Assembly: GCA_963726755.1 (NCBI GenBank)
Contig: CAVSDB010000002.1
Coordinates: 154,889 to 218,888, forward strand
Direction of reading: 5' to 3'
DNA from: an uncultured Actinomycetota bacterium
Lineage (GTDB): Bacteria; Actinomycetota; Actinomycetes; JAHEKZ01
Length of the DNA stretch: 64,000 nt
Below, piece after piece: positions 53,844 through 64,000 of the stretch. The notes below the pieces were generated by a model, which worked only from the letters and a program-made list of their open reading frames with translations, was not told the DNA's origin and did no database searches. The position numbers were made by a program, and so were the translations under genes. Every line of letters begins with the position of its first letter. Position 1 is the stretch's first letter.

Positions 53844-54860
53844 ATGGCAACCAGCCGCATCACGGTCGTAGGGGCAGGCGTCGTCGGGCTGACGACTGCC
53901 GTCCGGCTGGCCGAAGCTGGCTACTCAGTGGACGTGCTCGCCCGAGATCTGCCACATGAGACGACCTCGGTGCTCGCCGGGGCGTTGTGGTACCCGTACC
54001 GCGCGTCAGCCACCGGGACCGGTTTCACAATGGGCGCGAGCCGCGCTTGAGGTCTTCGTCAAAGAAGCCGCGGACTCCAAGTCGGGAGTCCGAATGGTTG
54101 ACGGACTCGAACTTCGCCAGTCCCCCTCGAAACCATGGTTCGCGGACGTACTGACCGACTCGGTGGCGTTCTCTCACTACTCAGAATTACCCGATGGCTA
54201 CCGCGACGGCTGGCAGATGCGGTTGCCCGTGATCGAGCCAGCGGTGTACCTGTCGTCGCTGGTCGATCGACTCAAGGACCTTGACGGAACGCTGACCCGG
54301 CTACCACTGACCGGTATGCCCGGACGCGGCATCGTGGTCAATTGCAGCGGACTGTCGGCGCGGTCGTTGGTACACGACCGATCGGTGATCCCCGTGCAAG
54401 GTCAGGTAGTACGCGTCGCTCCGATCGAAGGCGTCGACACCTGGCTGTTGGACCAGTCGGACGAGGACGAGTTGGTGTACGTCATCCCCCGCTCGAATGA
54501 CATCGTCGTCGGCGGAACCGCCGTGGAGAACAACTTCGACCGACACGTTGACGATGAGGTCACCGAGGCGATCATGCGTCGAGCTGCCCGCTTGGTTCCG
54601 CAATTGACGCGCGCAGAAATCCTCGAGCACCGCAGTGGGACTTCGTCCCACTCGGCCGAAGGTTCGACTCGAACTCGAGCACGGAAGCAACGGCGCTGCG
54701 GTCGTTCACAACTACGGCCACGGAGGATCGGGTTGGACGCTGTCGTGGGGATGCGCGGATGCCGTCGTCGAACACCTCGATCGGTACATCGCAGCGCGTT
54801 CGCACGAGGTCTACGACGACACCAGAGCGCACCGCCAGTTGCAGGGGAGAACCAATGACT
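53844..54860 (+). CDS. FAD-dependent D-amino-acid oxidase family protein, two frameshifts
   Basis: [10 protein letters not shown] dinucleotide-binding start is in ORF 53844..54050. The middle is in 53956..54858. The C-terminal [17 protein letters not shown] is in 54635..54931. Confidence 0.7.
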
Positions 54861-55248
54861 ACCTATCAGTGGCGCGGCGCCTTCGAGAACGAGGAGGTCA
54901 ACCGGCTGCACGCCGAGGGCTTCAAACATGAAGTCCTTGACGACGACTGGTGGCAGCAGTTAAACGAGCACAGTCTTGGTTGGGTCACGCGCACGAGATG
55001 ACACTGACTTGGTCGGGTTCGTCAACGTGGCGTGGGACGGTGTCGGCCACGCATTCGTGATCGACACGCTGGTTACCGAACATGCGCAGCGCCAAGGGAT
55101 CGGCGTTGGTTGGTAGAAGTCGCCACGACCGCAATCGCGTGCCGCGGGATGCGAATGGTTGCATGTTGACTTCGAGGATCACTTGAAATCCTTCTACTTC
55201 GACGCCTGCGGATTCACTCCGACCAACGCGGGATTAATCGCGTTGTAG
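54854..55248 (+). CDS. GNAT family N-acetyltransferase, frameshifted
   Basis: [14 protein letters not shown]...[30 protein letters not shown], then ...[20 protein letters not shown], read in two frames. Confidence 0.5.
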
Positions 55249-55257
55249 GTTAGTGAC

Positions 55258-55550
55258 ATGGCACTTCTCGACAAGGCAAAGCAAGCGGCGCAACAAGCGC
55301 TGGACGAGGCCAAGAAGGGCATCGATACCGGCCAGGCAAAGTTGGACGAGTTCCAAGCCAAGCGCGAGAGCGAACGGTTGCTGACCGCACTCGGCTCGGC
55401 CTACTTCGCACAGCAACGACACGGCGGGTCCGCCGAGGCGGTCGACCGAAGCGCTGACCGCGGTCGACAGTCACATCGAGACCCACGGCATGGTCGGTTT
55501 CCCCGCACCGCCAACGGCTTCGCCGCCAGATCCCAGCGAAGGCGACTAAG
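55258..55550 (+). CDS. Small hypothetical helical protein, probable frameshift near 55440
   Basis: MALLDKAKQAAQQALDEAKKGIDTGQAKLDEF... Confidence 0.3.
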
Positions 55551-56212
55551 TCTCGTCCCCGATCCCGTGACGTTCGGCCCAAAGCGCCGCTTGCGTACGG
55601 TCCGCGACGCCCAATCCGCTGGAAGCAGGACGTTAGGTGCGCTTTGACGGTGCGCTCGGTGATTCCCAGTCGACGCGCGATCTGCTTGTTCGCCAGACCC
55701 TTGCCGCACTAGTGCTAGTACCTCGATCTCTCGAGGGGTGAGGTCGGCGACCGCGACCGCTTCGGACGACGCGGAGACGGACTCGGCAGTCGGCTCACCA
55801 CGTCGAGCGGCCAACAGTTCACGAGCCGCTCGGGGTGCAACGGGGACTCCCCGTGCGCGGCCGCTTTCACGCCCGACAGCAACTCCTCAGGTCCTGCGTC
55901 TTTCAGCAAGTAGCCAACCGCGCCAGCATCAACCGCTTGGACGATCCGTTCTCGGTCCGACTGCGAGGTAAGGACGACGACGTGTACGTCCGGGGATTGT
56001 TCACGAATCTGTCGGGTCGCCTCGACCCCGTCCATCACCGGCATCTGCAGGTCCATCAGGACGACGTCAGGGGAGGTTTGGCTGACAACGTCAGCCGCCT
56101 CTGACCCGTCACTGGCAGTGCCGACGACCTCAATGTCCGGGTCGGCGTCGAGCAACTGCGCGAGTCCGGCGCGCACCATGGCGTGGTCGTCGACGATCAC
56201 GACGCGAATCAT
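55545..56212 (-). CDS. Two-component response regulator, NarL/LuxR family, frameshifted
   Basis: The REC domain with phospho-acceptor in VLMDLQMP is in ORF 55715..56212. The LuxR HTH (LTPREIEVLALVRQG...) is in ORF 55401..55814, with a further shift. Confidence 0.7.
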
Positions 56213-57553
56213 CAGGCCGGCACCTCCAATCGAACAACAGCGCCGTTGCCGGGGGACGACTCGACAGTCAGCGTGCCACCGGCTTCAGAGGCGAGATCGC
56301 GCAAGTCCCCGGATCCCGAAGTGGCCTTTCTCCGGCAGAGCGCTGGGGTCGAAGCCGGCGCCGTCGTCGGCCACCTCAAGGAGCCAAGTCGAGTCAGAGC
56401 TGTCGCTGCGTGCTACCCGGACCGACAGGTGGGTCGGCTGCCCGTGACGGAGCGCGTTACGCACCGCTTCCTGCGCAGTACGCCAGACCAGCGCCGTGGA
56501 CTTCGGGCTCATGGCATCGGTGTCCCCTAGCTCTGTCTCGACGTTGACGCCGGATGCCACGGCAGTTGCCAGCAGGTCGTCGAGCGCGGGACCAAGGCCG
56601 TCGCCGGCGAGATCCGGTGGGTAGATCTCGACCAAGAGCGAACGCAACGAAGTCAGGCTGTGGCGAACGCTGACCGCCATCGTCTGCAACCGAGCCCGCA
56701 GCGCGGGTACGTCGGTCACATCAGAGGTCGCAAGTTCTCTTTCGGCCGCTGACAGCGCAAACGACGTTCCCGCCAGATCTTGCACGACGCCATCATGAAC
56801 GTCACGCGCGATACGTCGACGTTCGGCATCCGACGCGTCTGCGGCGGCGACCAGAAGTCGCTCGCGCACCGCCGCTGAGTCGCTGAGCCGGCGCGCCAGC
56901 AAGAACACCAGAGGAACTGTGAACAGGAGGAACAGCACGACGCCACCAACGGTGACCGGCTGAAAGGCCCTGGTGAGCTGAGACGTTCGTTCTGCGATCT
57001 GGTCTCCGCTGTAGTAGACCTCGAAGAGCAGCGGCTCACCTTTAGGGCCGTCGACCGGCGTATAGACCTCCAGTACTTGACCGAGCGGACGTTCATACCT
57101 GTTCTCGCGCTCGGTTAGGTTCGACAGTGCCGCGTGACTGACTCCGGAGTCCAAGACCTCGCGCTGATCGGCGTCCAACGTGAACTGATCACCGATCAGT
57201 CGCGGTTCGTCCGAGTAGATGACCACGCCGTCGGAGTTCCAGATCTTCACCCGCAACGCCTCGCCGCCGACGACGCGCGCTCTCATCAGTCGGTCGAACC
57301 GGTCCACGTCTGCGGCACCTCCGGACAACAAGCCGGAGGTAAGCGCTGGCTGAACCACCGCACGCGCGAGCAGTTCGTTGGTCTGTCGCGCCTGCTCGAC
57401 TGCCTCTTGCTCGGCGACACGTCGACTGAACCAAACAGCGAGCAGCGAGACGGCAACCGCCACGACGATCCCTGCAACGACGAACTGCACGACCGGGCGT
57501 TTCCAGCCCGATCGCGCAGTTCGTTTTCGCTCATCCGTAGCCATGAACCTCAC
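56212..57553 (-). CDS. Sensor histidine kinase (HisKA_3/NarX-type), C-terminal frameshift near 56290
   Basis: Two TM segments, then the H-box RRRIARDVHDGVVQDL and a HATPase_c domain. ATGA overlap with the response regulator start. Confidence 0.75.
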
Positions 57554-57590
57554 CGTCGCCGTGGAGCCGAGTCTGCCCCACTCGCGAGGC

Positions 57591-57989
57591 TCAGAAGGTC
57601 AGACTTCCCTTGCAAACTTCGCCGGTCTTGTGGTTCTTGGCTCGGAATCCGATCTGGTCGGCTCCGCTGGCGTTGACCACGCACGCGGCGAACGTCGAAC
57701 GAGCCGCTCGGTGGCGACGGTCGTCTTGCCTCCGTGTGCCGAGACGTTCGCCATTGTGGGCGAGCTGCCAGCTCCAGCGCTGACCGTTGACGTTCGAGTC
57801 GACCTCAGCCTCGACCTCGATACGGCCGTGCTCGGGCTTGGCTTTGATCTTCCAGTCGCTGCTGGCGCTACATGCTCCTTGCTTGATGACGTCTGCAGAA
57901 CTGGCCAGTGCTGGCACCGCCGACATCGCCATCGTGCCGCCCAGGGCTAGCGCGAGGACTCCCATCGCCATCGTCTTTTCGTTTCTCAT
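57591..57989 (-). CDS. Small secreted protein of unknown function upstream of the two-component operon
   Basis: Signal peptide MRNEKTMAMGVLALALGGTMAMSAVPALA; mature about 100 aa with 3 Cys. Confidence 0.35.
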   Translation of the reverse strand: MRNEKTMAMGVLALALGGTMAMSAVPALASSADVIKQGACSASSDWKIKAKPEHGRIEVEAEVDSNVNGQRWSWQLAHNGERLGTRRQDDRRHRAARSTFAACVVNASGADQIGFRAKNHKTGEVCKGSLTF

Positions 57990-58095
57990 TGCTACCTCCG
58001 CGTAGTCGAGTCGTTCGTTGTCCGTGACACCACAGTCCCCGACGCGGAGAGTCACCACAATTGTCCGTTAGTCGTAGTACCACCCAGCGGTTCGT

Positions 58096-60058
58096 TCAGA
58101 TCGGGAGGTTGTGAGCGCGACGGATCTCGTCGACGATCCGACCCATGATCTGGTTGATGGAGTAGTCCTTAGGGCGTGAAGACCGCTGCCACGCCCGCCG
58201 CCTCAAGCTCGCGGGCGTCCGAGTCGGGGATGATTCCGCCGACGATGACCGGCACGTCGTCCAGCCCCGCCTTGCGCAGACCCTGGACGACCTCAGGTAC
58301 TAGTTCCCGGTGGGACCCGGACAGGATCGACAGTCCGACCACGTGGACGTCCTCGGCCACCGCCGCAGCGACAAGCTGCTCCGGAGTCACCCGGATCCCC
58401 TGATAGATGACTTCGAACCCGCAGTCGCGCGCACGTACCGCGATCTGCTCTGCGCCATTCGAGTGTCCGTCCAGGCCCGGCTTGCCGACGAGGAATCGCA
58501 ACTTCGACCCGAGCGCCTCCCCTGTGGCCGTCACCGCTTGCTGCACTTCTGCGAGCGACGTGTCCGCGTCGGACTGGACCAGACCCACGTGACCAGAGAC
58601 GCCGGTCGGCGCGCGGTACTCGCCAAACACCCGACGCAGCGAACCGGCCCACTCCCCCGTGGTGACTCCGGCACGCGCGCACTCAAGCGAGGCAGACATC
58701 AGGTTGGTCGACGACGCTGCATCGATCTCAAGTCGCTGCAGAGACGCGGCGACGCGCGCGTCGTCACGTCCGGCCCGCCATTCGGCGATGCTCGCGCGAG
58801 CACTCGCCTCGATCTCAGGCGCGACGGTTTGAATCGCGTCGTCCAAGTCGGCTGTCAGGGGATTCGGTTCAGTCGTGGTGAACGCATTGACACCGACGAC
58901 CTGATCCTCACCATTCTCGATCCGGCGACGTCGCTCTGCATGCGCGCCGACAAGTTGGGTCTTCATGTAGCCGCTCTCGACGGCCGCGACGGCGCCACCC
59001 ATCTGCTCGACGCGTCCCATCTCGTCGCGCGCGGCAGCCACAAGTTCGGCGACCTTGGCCTCGACCACGGTCGAACCCTCGAACAGATCGCCGTACTCAA
59101 GCAGGTCCGACTCGAACGCCAAGACTTGCTGCATGCGTAGCGACCATTGCTGGTCCCATGGACGCGGTAAGCCAAGGGCCTCGTTCCATGCCGGCAACTG
59201 AATCGCGCGGGCCCGTGCGTCCTTCGACAACGTCACACCCAACATTTCCAGCATGATGCGCGCGACGTTGTTCTCCGGTTGAGCCTCGGTCAGCCCGAGA
59301 GAGTTGACTTGTACGCCGTATCGGAACCGTCGCTGCTTTGGGTCGGTCACGCCGTACCGCTGCTCAGTCAGCTCGTCCCAGAGCTGGACGAAGGCTCGCA
59401 TCTTGCACATCTCCTCGACGAACCGAACTCCGGCGTTGACGAAGAACGAAATGCGCTGGACGACTTCACCGAACTTCTCGGGCGGCACTTGTCCAGAGTC
59501 GCGGACGGCGTCCAGTACCGCGATCGCCGTTCCCATCGCGTAAGCGATCTCTTGGACCGTTGTCGCGCCCGCTTCTTGCAGGTGATAGCTACAGATGTTG
59601 ATGGGATTCCACTTGGGGACGTTGGTCACCGTGTACGCCACCATGTCAGTGATCAAGCGCATCGACGGAGCCGGCGGGAACACATACGTCCCGCGAGACA
59701 GGTACTCCTTGATGATGTCGTTCTGAGTGGTGCCCTGCAGCACACTGGGGTCGACGCCTTGCTCCTCAGCGGCGGCAATGTAGAGGCTCAACAACCACAT
59801 TGCCGTTGCGTTGATCGTCATCGAGGTGTTCATCTGGTCGAGCGGGATGTCACGGAACAGCGCGTGCATGTCACCCAGGTGCGACACCGGAACCCCGACC
59901 TTGCCCACCTCACCACGCGCCAACTCGTCGTCTGGGTCGTAGCCGGTTTGGGTCGGCAGATCGAAGGCGACCGAGAGTCCGGTCTGCCCTTTGGACAGGT
60001 TGCGTCGGTACAACTCATTGGACGCCTGCGCGGACGAGTGGCCGGCGTAGGTCCGCAT
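58096..60058 (-). CDS. Ethylmalonyl-CoA mutase-like B12-dependent acyl-CoA mutase (MeaA/Ecm family), C-terminal frameshift near 58170-58200
   Basis: It starts directly at RPWVMRTYAGHS with no N-terminal extension, as in Ecm/MeaA. The B12 domain has GLDGHSNG (DxHxxG). The native C-terminus ...DYSINQIMGRIVDEIRRAHNLPI is read in another frame down to 58096. Confidence 0.78.
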
Positions 60059-60150
60059 GACCCAGGGCCGATCCCGTTGCGGGCGTGAGTTAGCTCAGGT
60101 CCATCCAAGCCTCCGTGAGGTCCCGGTGGTGGTCCGAGGAGCCTACCGGG

Positions 60151-60495
60151 TCAGCCTGCGCGGACGCCTGCCCGCTCGAGGTCGAGGATGCGATGCAACC
60201 GCGTTACTGCCAGCAGGCGCATGATCCGCGGCTGCGGGTCGCAGATCACCAGGCGGCGATCAGCGTGCCGAGCTCGTCGGTGCGCGGCGAGGAGTACGCC
60301 AAGGCCGGACACGTCGATGGTCTCGACCTGGGACGCGTCCACTAGGACGTCGGGTTCACCGGTCACGTCGAGCGCAACGATCAGGGCATACCTGACGTCT
60401 GCTGAGGTGGTGGCGTCGACGCGTTGGGGTAACCGGACGTCGGGAACACGCATACGGACCTCCACTCGGCCCAGCGGTGTCCGGAGCGCGATCAC
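60151..60495 (-). CDS. STAS-domain anti-sigma-factor antagonist
   Basis: 114 aa, SpoIIAA-like, with VETIDVSGLGVLLAAHR. Confidence 0.7.
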   Translation of the reverse strand: MIALRTPLGRVEVRMRVPDVRLPQRVDATTSADVRYALIVALDVTGEPDVLVDASQVETIDVSGLGVLLAAHRRARHADRRLVICDPQPRIMRLLAVTRLHRILDLERAGVRAG

Positions 60496-60551
60496 CCAGG
60501 AGGGAAGTCACCGGTGGTGCCCGAGTGAGCCGGACGCTAGACCAGGAAACG

Positions 60552-60568
60552 GTCGCGGTTGCCGCGAC
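60552..60568 (-). terminator. Candidate hairpin terminator downstream of the 3-hydroxybutyryl-CoA dehydrogenase gene
   Basis: GTCGCGG-TTG-CCGCGAC, followed on the minus strand by a U-containing CGUUUCC. Confidence 0.3.
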
Positions 60569-60621
60569 ACGACCAAAGCGGCGTCAGGTACTTCGTTGTG
60601 TGGTCGAACCGTCACACGCTG

Positions 60622-61497
60622 TCAGTACGTGTAGAAGCCGCGACCGGTCTTTCGTCCCAGATCCCCCGCCGCGACCATCCGGCGGAGCAACCCTGGAACG
60701 GCAAACGTCTCACCGGGCGTCTCTGCGGCGACGTTGTCCGACGCGTTCACCATGATGTCGATGCCGGTCAGGTCCATGGTCTGCAGCGGACCCATCGCGT
60801 GGCCGAAGCCAAGACGGCAGGCAATGTCGACGTCTTCGGCGGTCGCAACTCCGGCTTCGACAAGCCGAGCTGCTTCGTTCGACAGCGCGGTAATCAGTCG
60901 AGTGGTTACGAATCCTGCGACGTCACGATTGACGACGATGCACGTCTTGCCCACGGCTTCGGCGAAGTTCCGGGCCACCGCCAATGTCTCGTCTGTGGTG
61001 TGATCGCCTCGAACAAGTTCGCACAACTGCATGAGCGGAACCGGCGAGAAGAAGTGAGTGCCGATGACTTGGCCGGGTCGACTTGTGGCGGCTGCGATCT
61101 GGGTGATCGGGAGCGCGGACGTATTCGTCGCCAGAATGCAGTCCGATGCCGTCAGAGCGTCGAGCGCACCGAACAACTCCTGCTTGACGTCTAGTCGCTC
61201 GAAGATGGCCTCCACCACGATGAACGAGCCAGCGAGTCCGTCTAGGTCAGTGGTCGTCGACAGACGTCCCATGGCCTGCCCAGCGTCGTCCGCGGCGAGC
61301 TTTCCCTTTTCGACGAACTTGCTCAGCGACTTCTCGATCGACGCGCGTCCGCGGTCGAGCGCTTCCTCGGAAACGTCGCGCATCACCACCGAGTACCCCG
61401 CTTGCGCGGCTACCTGCGCGATGCCCGCCCCCATCAGCCCAGCCCCGACAACTCCGACCGGACGGTCGGTCCTGACCTCAGCCACTGTGCACTCCAT
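60622..61497 (-). CDS. hbd: 3-hydroxybutyryl-CoA dehydrogenase
   Basis: VGVVGAGLMGAGIAQV NAD-binding start and the 3HCDH C-terminal domain; intact 291 aa. Confidence 0.88.
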   Translation of the reverse strand: MECTVAEVRTDRPVGVVGAGLMGAGIAQVAAQAGYSVVMRDVSEEALDRGRASIEKSLSKFVEKGKLAADDAGQAMGRLSTTTDLDGLAGSFIVVEAIFERLDVKQELFGALDALTASDCILATNTSALPITQIAAATSRPGQVIGTHFFSPVPLMQLCELVRGDHTTDETLAVARNFAEAVGKTCIVVNRDVAGFVTTRLITALSNEAARLVEAGVATAEDVDIACRLGFGHAMGPLQTMDLTGIDIMVNASDNVAAETPGETFAVPGLLRRMVAAGDLGRKTGRGFYTY

Positions 61498-61594
61498 CGA
61501 TCGTCGGTCGAATTACCTCGTCGAAGGCTAGTGTCCCTGACCGATCGACCCAGCCAGGCTGGCGCCAAACGACCGAACGTCTCAGACTGGTCGG

Positions 61595-61924
61595 GTGAAC
61601 ACGTGGCCCAACTGGGCCTACCTCTTCAGCCCGCTCATGGCGTTGGCCGTCATCGGGTTGTTCGTGCTGATTCTGCGCTGGGCTTTCGGGCGGGGAACCT
61701 CACTCGTCGAGCGTCAGCCGACCACCGGAAAACCCGATGACTACGGACTGCTCAGTGTTGTCGCTGTTCCCGGCAACTTCATCGAGGGCGAACTGATCCG
61801 CCAACGACTTGCCGACTCCGGGGTGAAGGCCACCTTGGCGATGACTAACGACGGACCGCGTGTCATGGTCTGGCCCGATGACGAGAGCCGTGCTCGACGA
61901 GTGTTAGGGCAACCGGCTAGCTAA
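61595..61924 (+). CDS. Small membrane protein (1 TM), hypothetical
   Basis: [31 protein letters not shown]... Confidence 0.35.
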   Translation: MNTWPNWAYLFSPLMALAVIGLFVLILRWAFGRGTSLVERQPTTGKPDDYGLLSVVAVPGNFIEGELIRQRLADSGVKATLAMTNDGPRVMVWPDDESRARRVLGQPAS

Positions 61925-63246
61925 TGTGGGCTAACTAGAACGCCATCGGAATCGGGCTCGCGGACGACATTCGCCCCCAAACTGCGCAACTGCTCATCGA
62001 AGTGCGGATAACCGCGGTCGATGTGAGCGACACCGGTGACGACGGTCTCGCCATCGGCGACCAAACCAGCGATTACGAGTCCAGCCCCTGCGCGAATGTC
62101 TGGTGCTCGAACCGGCGCACCGGACAACTTCAGGTGCCCTCTAACGATCGCATGATGGCCGTCGGTCCGGATGTCCGCACCAAGGCGGCTGAGTTCGTTC
62201 ACGAACGTGAAGCGAGACTCGTACACGTTCTCAGTGACCATCGCGGTGCCGTCAGCGATGGCGTTGAGCGCCAGGGCCATGGGCAGCAGGTCTGTGGGGA
62301 ATCCGGGGAAGGGCAGCGTGACGGCGTCCACCGCGCGTGGGCGATCGTTCATGACGACGCGGAAGCCGTTCTCGACGCGGTCAATTTCGGCTCCGGCGGT
62401 TTGCAGTTTATCGAGGGCGATTTCGAGGTGCGTGGGCTCGCTGTTCAGGATCGTTACATCGCCACGCGTCATCGCGGCCGCCATCGCCCACGTGCCCGCA
62501 ACAATGCGGTCAGCGACGGTGGTGTGAGTGACCGGCTCGAGAGACTCAACGCCCTCGATCTCGAGTGTTGACGTCCCGGCTCCGTCAATCTTGGCGCCCA
62601 TCGCGCGGAGCATCCGACAGAGGTCGATGATTTCGGGCTCGCGCGCTGCGTTGTCAATCTCGGTTCGGCCGTCCGCCAGGACTGCAGCCATCAGCAAGTT
62701 CTCCGTAGCACCCACGCTTGGAAAGTCCAGCCAGATCGTCGCACCGTGCAGCCGCTTCGCCTTGGCGATGATGAAGCCGTGCTCGTTCTCGATCGTGGCG
62801 CCCATCTTGAGCAATCCGGCGACGTGGAAGTCGAGAGGTCGCGATCCGATCGCATCTCCGCCCGGTAGCGCGACGTCTGCCTCACCGGTGCGCGCGATGA
62901 GCGGACCGAGGACGGCGATCGACGCACGCATCTGACGTACGAAGTCGTAGTCCGCGCGGTGGTCGAGTTCTTCGGGTACCTCCACCGTGACGATGGCGGT
63001 GCCGAAGTCGTGGGTGACCTCGCACCCGAGTCGACGTAGCAACTCCGACATGATCTCAACGTCGAGGATGTCGGGAACCTCACGGATCGTCGTGGTCCCA
63101 GGCGCCAGCAGGGCGGCCGCCATGAGTTTGAGAGCACTGTTCTTGGCTCCGGTGACACGCACGCGTCCGACCAGGCGTGCGCCCCCAGTGACCCTGAACC
63201 TGTCCACGTCAGCATGGTAGGGCCAGCCGTCTAGGCTGACCGACAT
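61921..63246 (-). CDS. murA: UDP-N-acetylglucosamine 1-carboxyvinyltransferase
   Basis: EPSP-synthase fold ([16 protein letters not shown]...). Start taken at MSVSLD (63246). Confidence 0.9.
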   Translation of the reverse strand: MSVSLDGWPYHADVDRFRVTGGARLVGRVRVTGAKNSALKLMAAALLAPGTTTIREVPDILDVEIMSELLRRLGCEVTHDFGTAIVTVEVPEELDHRADYDFVRQMRASIAVLGPLIARTGEADVALPGGDAIGSRPLDFHVAGLLKMGATIENEHGFIIAKAKRLHGATIWLDFPSVGATENLLMAAVLADGRTEIDNAAREPEIIDLCRMLRAMGAKIDGAGTSTLEIEGVESLEPVTHTTVADRIVAGTWAMAAAMTRGDVTILNSEPTHLEIALDKLQTAGAEIDRVENGFRVVMNDRPRAVDAVTLPFPGFPTDLLPMALALNAIADGTAMVTENVYESRFTFVNELSRLGADIRTDGHHAIVRGHLKLSGAPVRAPDIRAGAGLVIAGLVADGETVVTGVAHIDRGYPHFDEQLRSLGANVVREPDSDGVLVSPH

Positions 63247-63829
63247 GGTCAACCTGACACGCATCTACACCCGCACCGGCGACGACGGCACAACGGCGCT
63301 CGGCGACATGTCCCGCGTCGACAAGAACGACCTACGGTTACGTGCCTACGCAGACGTCGACGAGGCGAACTCAGCCGTCGGCGTCGCAATCGCCTGCGGC
63401 GAACTGCCCGAGGATGTGCGTGCGCTCCTGGTTGGGATTCAGAACGATCTTTTCGACGTGGGGGCGGATCTGTGTACCCCGATCGTCGACGAACCCGCGT
63501 TCACGGCGTTGCGCGTCGAACCGGAATATGTGGTTCGCCTCGAGGCCGCATGCGATGAGTTCAACGAACGGTTAGAAAAGCTCCGTTCGTTCGTCCTGCC
63601 AGGTGGTACACCCGGGGCTGCCCACCTTCATGTAGCACGGACGGTGACGCGCCGGGCAGAGCGATCGACGTGGGCAGCGCTAACCGAACACGAGGCGGAC
63701 ATGAACACGCTGACCGCCAAATACCTGAACCGACTCAGCGATCTACTGTTCATCCTCAGCCGGGTCGCGAACCTGCCGAGCAACGGTGGCCGTGGCGACA
63801 TTCTCTGGAAGCCCGGCGGCTCACGCTAG
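63245..63829 (+). CDS. ATP:cob(I)alamin adenosyltransferase, PduO-type
   Basis: [17 protein letters not shown]...; 194 aa; Rv1314c-like position next to murA. Confidence 0.85.
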   Translation: MVNLTRIYTRTGDDGTTALGDMSRVDKNDLRLRAYADVDEANSAVGVAIACGELPEDVRALLVGIQNDLFDVGADLCTPIVDEPAFTALRVEPEYVVRLEAACDEFNERLEKLRSFVLPGGTPGAAHLHVARTVTRRAERSTWAALTEHEADMNTLTAKYLNRLSDLLFILSRVANLPSNGGRGDILWKPGGSR

Positions 63830-63840
63830 TCGTCTTGCAA

Positions 63841-64000
63841 CTACTTGGCGTTCTGCAGCAGGCGGATCTTGCTCTCGATGTCCTCGTGGTTGAGGTAGGC
63901 ACCGCACAGGCGACGACCACCGTTGTACGAAGCGCGACCATGCATGACCCGCCAGTTGTCGAACAACATCGCTTCACCGGGCGCGAGTTGGTGACGCCAC
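63841..64000 (-). CDS. TauD/TfdA-family Fe(II)/2-oxoglutarate dioxygenase, C-terminal fragment (runs off window)
   Basis: Minus-strand translation ...MLFDNWRVMHGRASYNGGRRLCGAYLNHEDIESKIRLLQNAK, with stop at 63841. Confidence 0.45.
   Translation of the reverse strand, partial: WRHQLAPGEAMLFDNWRVMHGRASYNGGRRLCGAYLNHEDIESKIRLLQNAK

Noticed and set aside
54985-55182. 65-aa minus-strand ORF
   Set aside because: It lies antisense within the frameshifted GNAT acetyltransferase gene, whose plus-strand translation shows clear family motifs.
58169-60058. Apparent N-terminal truncation (about 80 aa) of the B12-dependent mutase relative to methylmalonyl-CoA mutase
   Set aside because: The sequence begins exactly at the conserved RPW-x-MRTYAGHS block, as ethylmalonyl-CoA mutase/MeaA-type enzymes do. 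An in-frame stop lies 12 codons upstream. This is the native start of that subfamily, not a truncation.
61497-61595. ATCGATCG-rich segment between hbd and the small membrane protein
   Set aside because: Only short GATC-type self-complementary tetramers are present. There is no extended dyad, so it was not called as a feature.

Overview
High-GC actinobacterial chromosome segment, almost entirely coding, with most genes on the minus strand. Gene order matches Mycobacterium tuberculosis Rv2995c-Rv3029c (ilvE-leuB-serA-ilvC-ilvN-ilvB ... gatB-gatA-gatC-ligA-Rv3015c-like-mnmA-iscS-etfA-etfB) and, at the 3' end, Rv1314c-Rv1321 (PduO adenosyltransferase, murA, nucS). Unlike M. tuberculosis it also carries an ethylmalonyl-CoA/acyl-CoA mutase gene set: ccr, methylmalonyl-CoA epimerase, thiolase, meaB, an IcmA-like mutase with no B12 domain, an Ecm/MeaA-like mutase, and several 3-hydroxyacyl-CoA dehydrogenases. 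Other content includes a sulfonate/nitrate-type ABC importer with an Rrf2 regulator, a large tandem-cyclase-STAND-TPR regulator gene preceded by a secreted protein, a NarL-type two-component system, a membrane GGDEF-EAL protein and a CimA-like citramalate synthase. No rRNA, tRNA or CRISPR was recognised. About 35 genes show frameshifts, including essential ones (gatA, gatB, ligA, ilvD, serA), so this is probably an error-prone assembly, though some loci (cimA, a 2-hydroxyacid dehydrogenase) are hit densely enough to be real pseudogenes. The most unusual non-coding signals are two intergenic clusters of perfect 26-bp palindromes of the form CCTGTGGA-N10-TCCACAGG (21.6 kb and 52.9 kb), a back-to-back triple palindrome upstream of etfBA, and leader-peptide attenuators in front of ilvB and possibly cimA.
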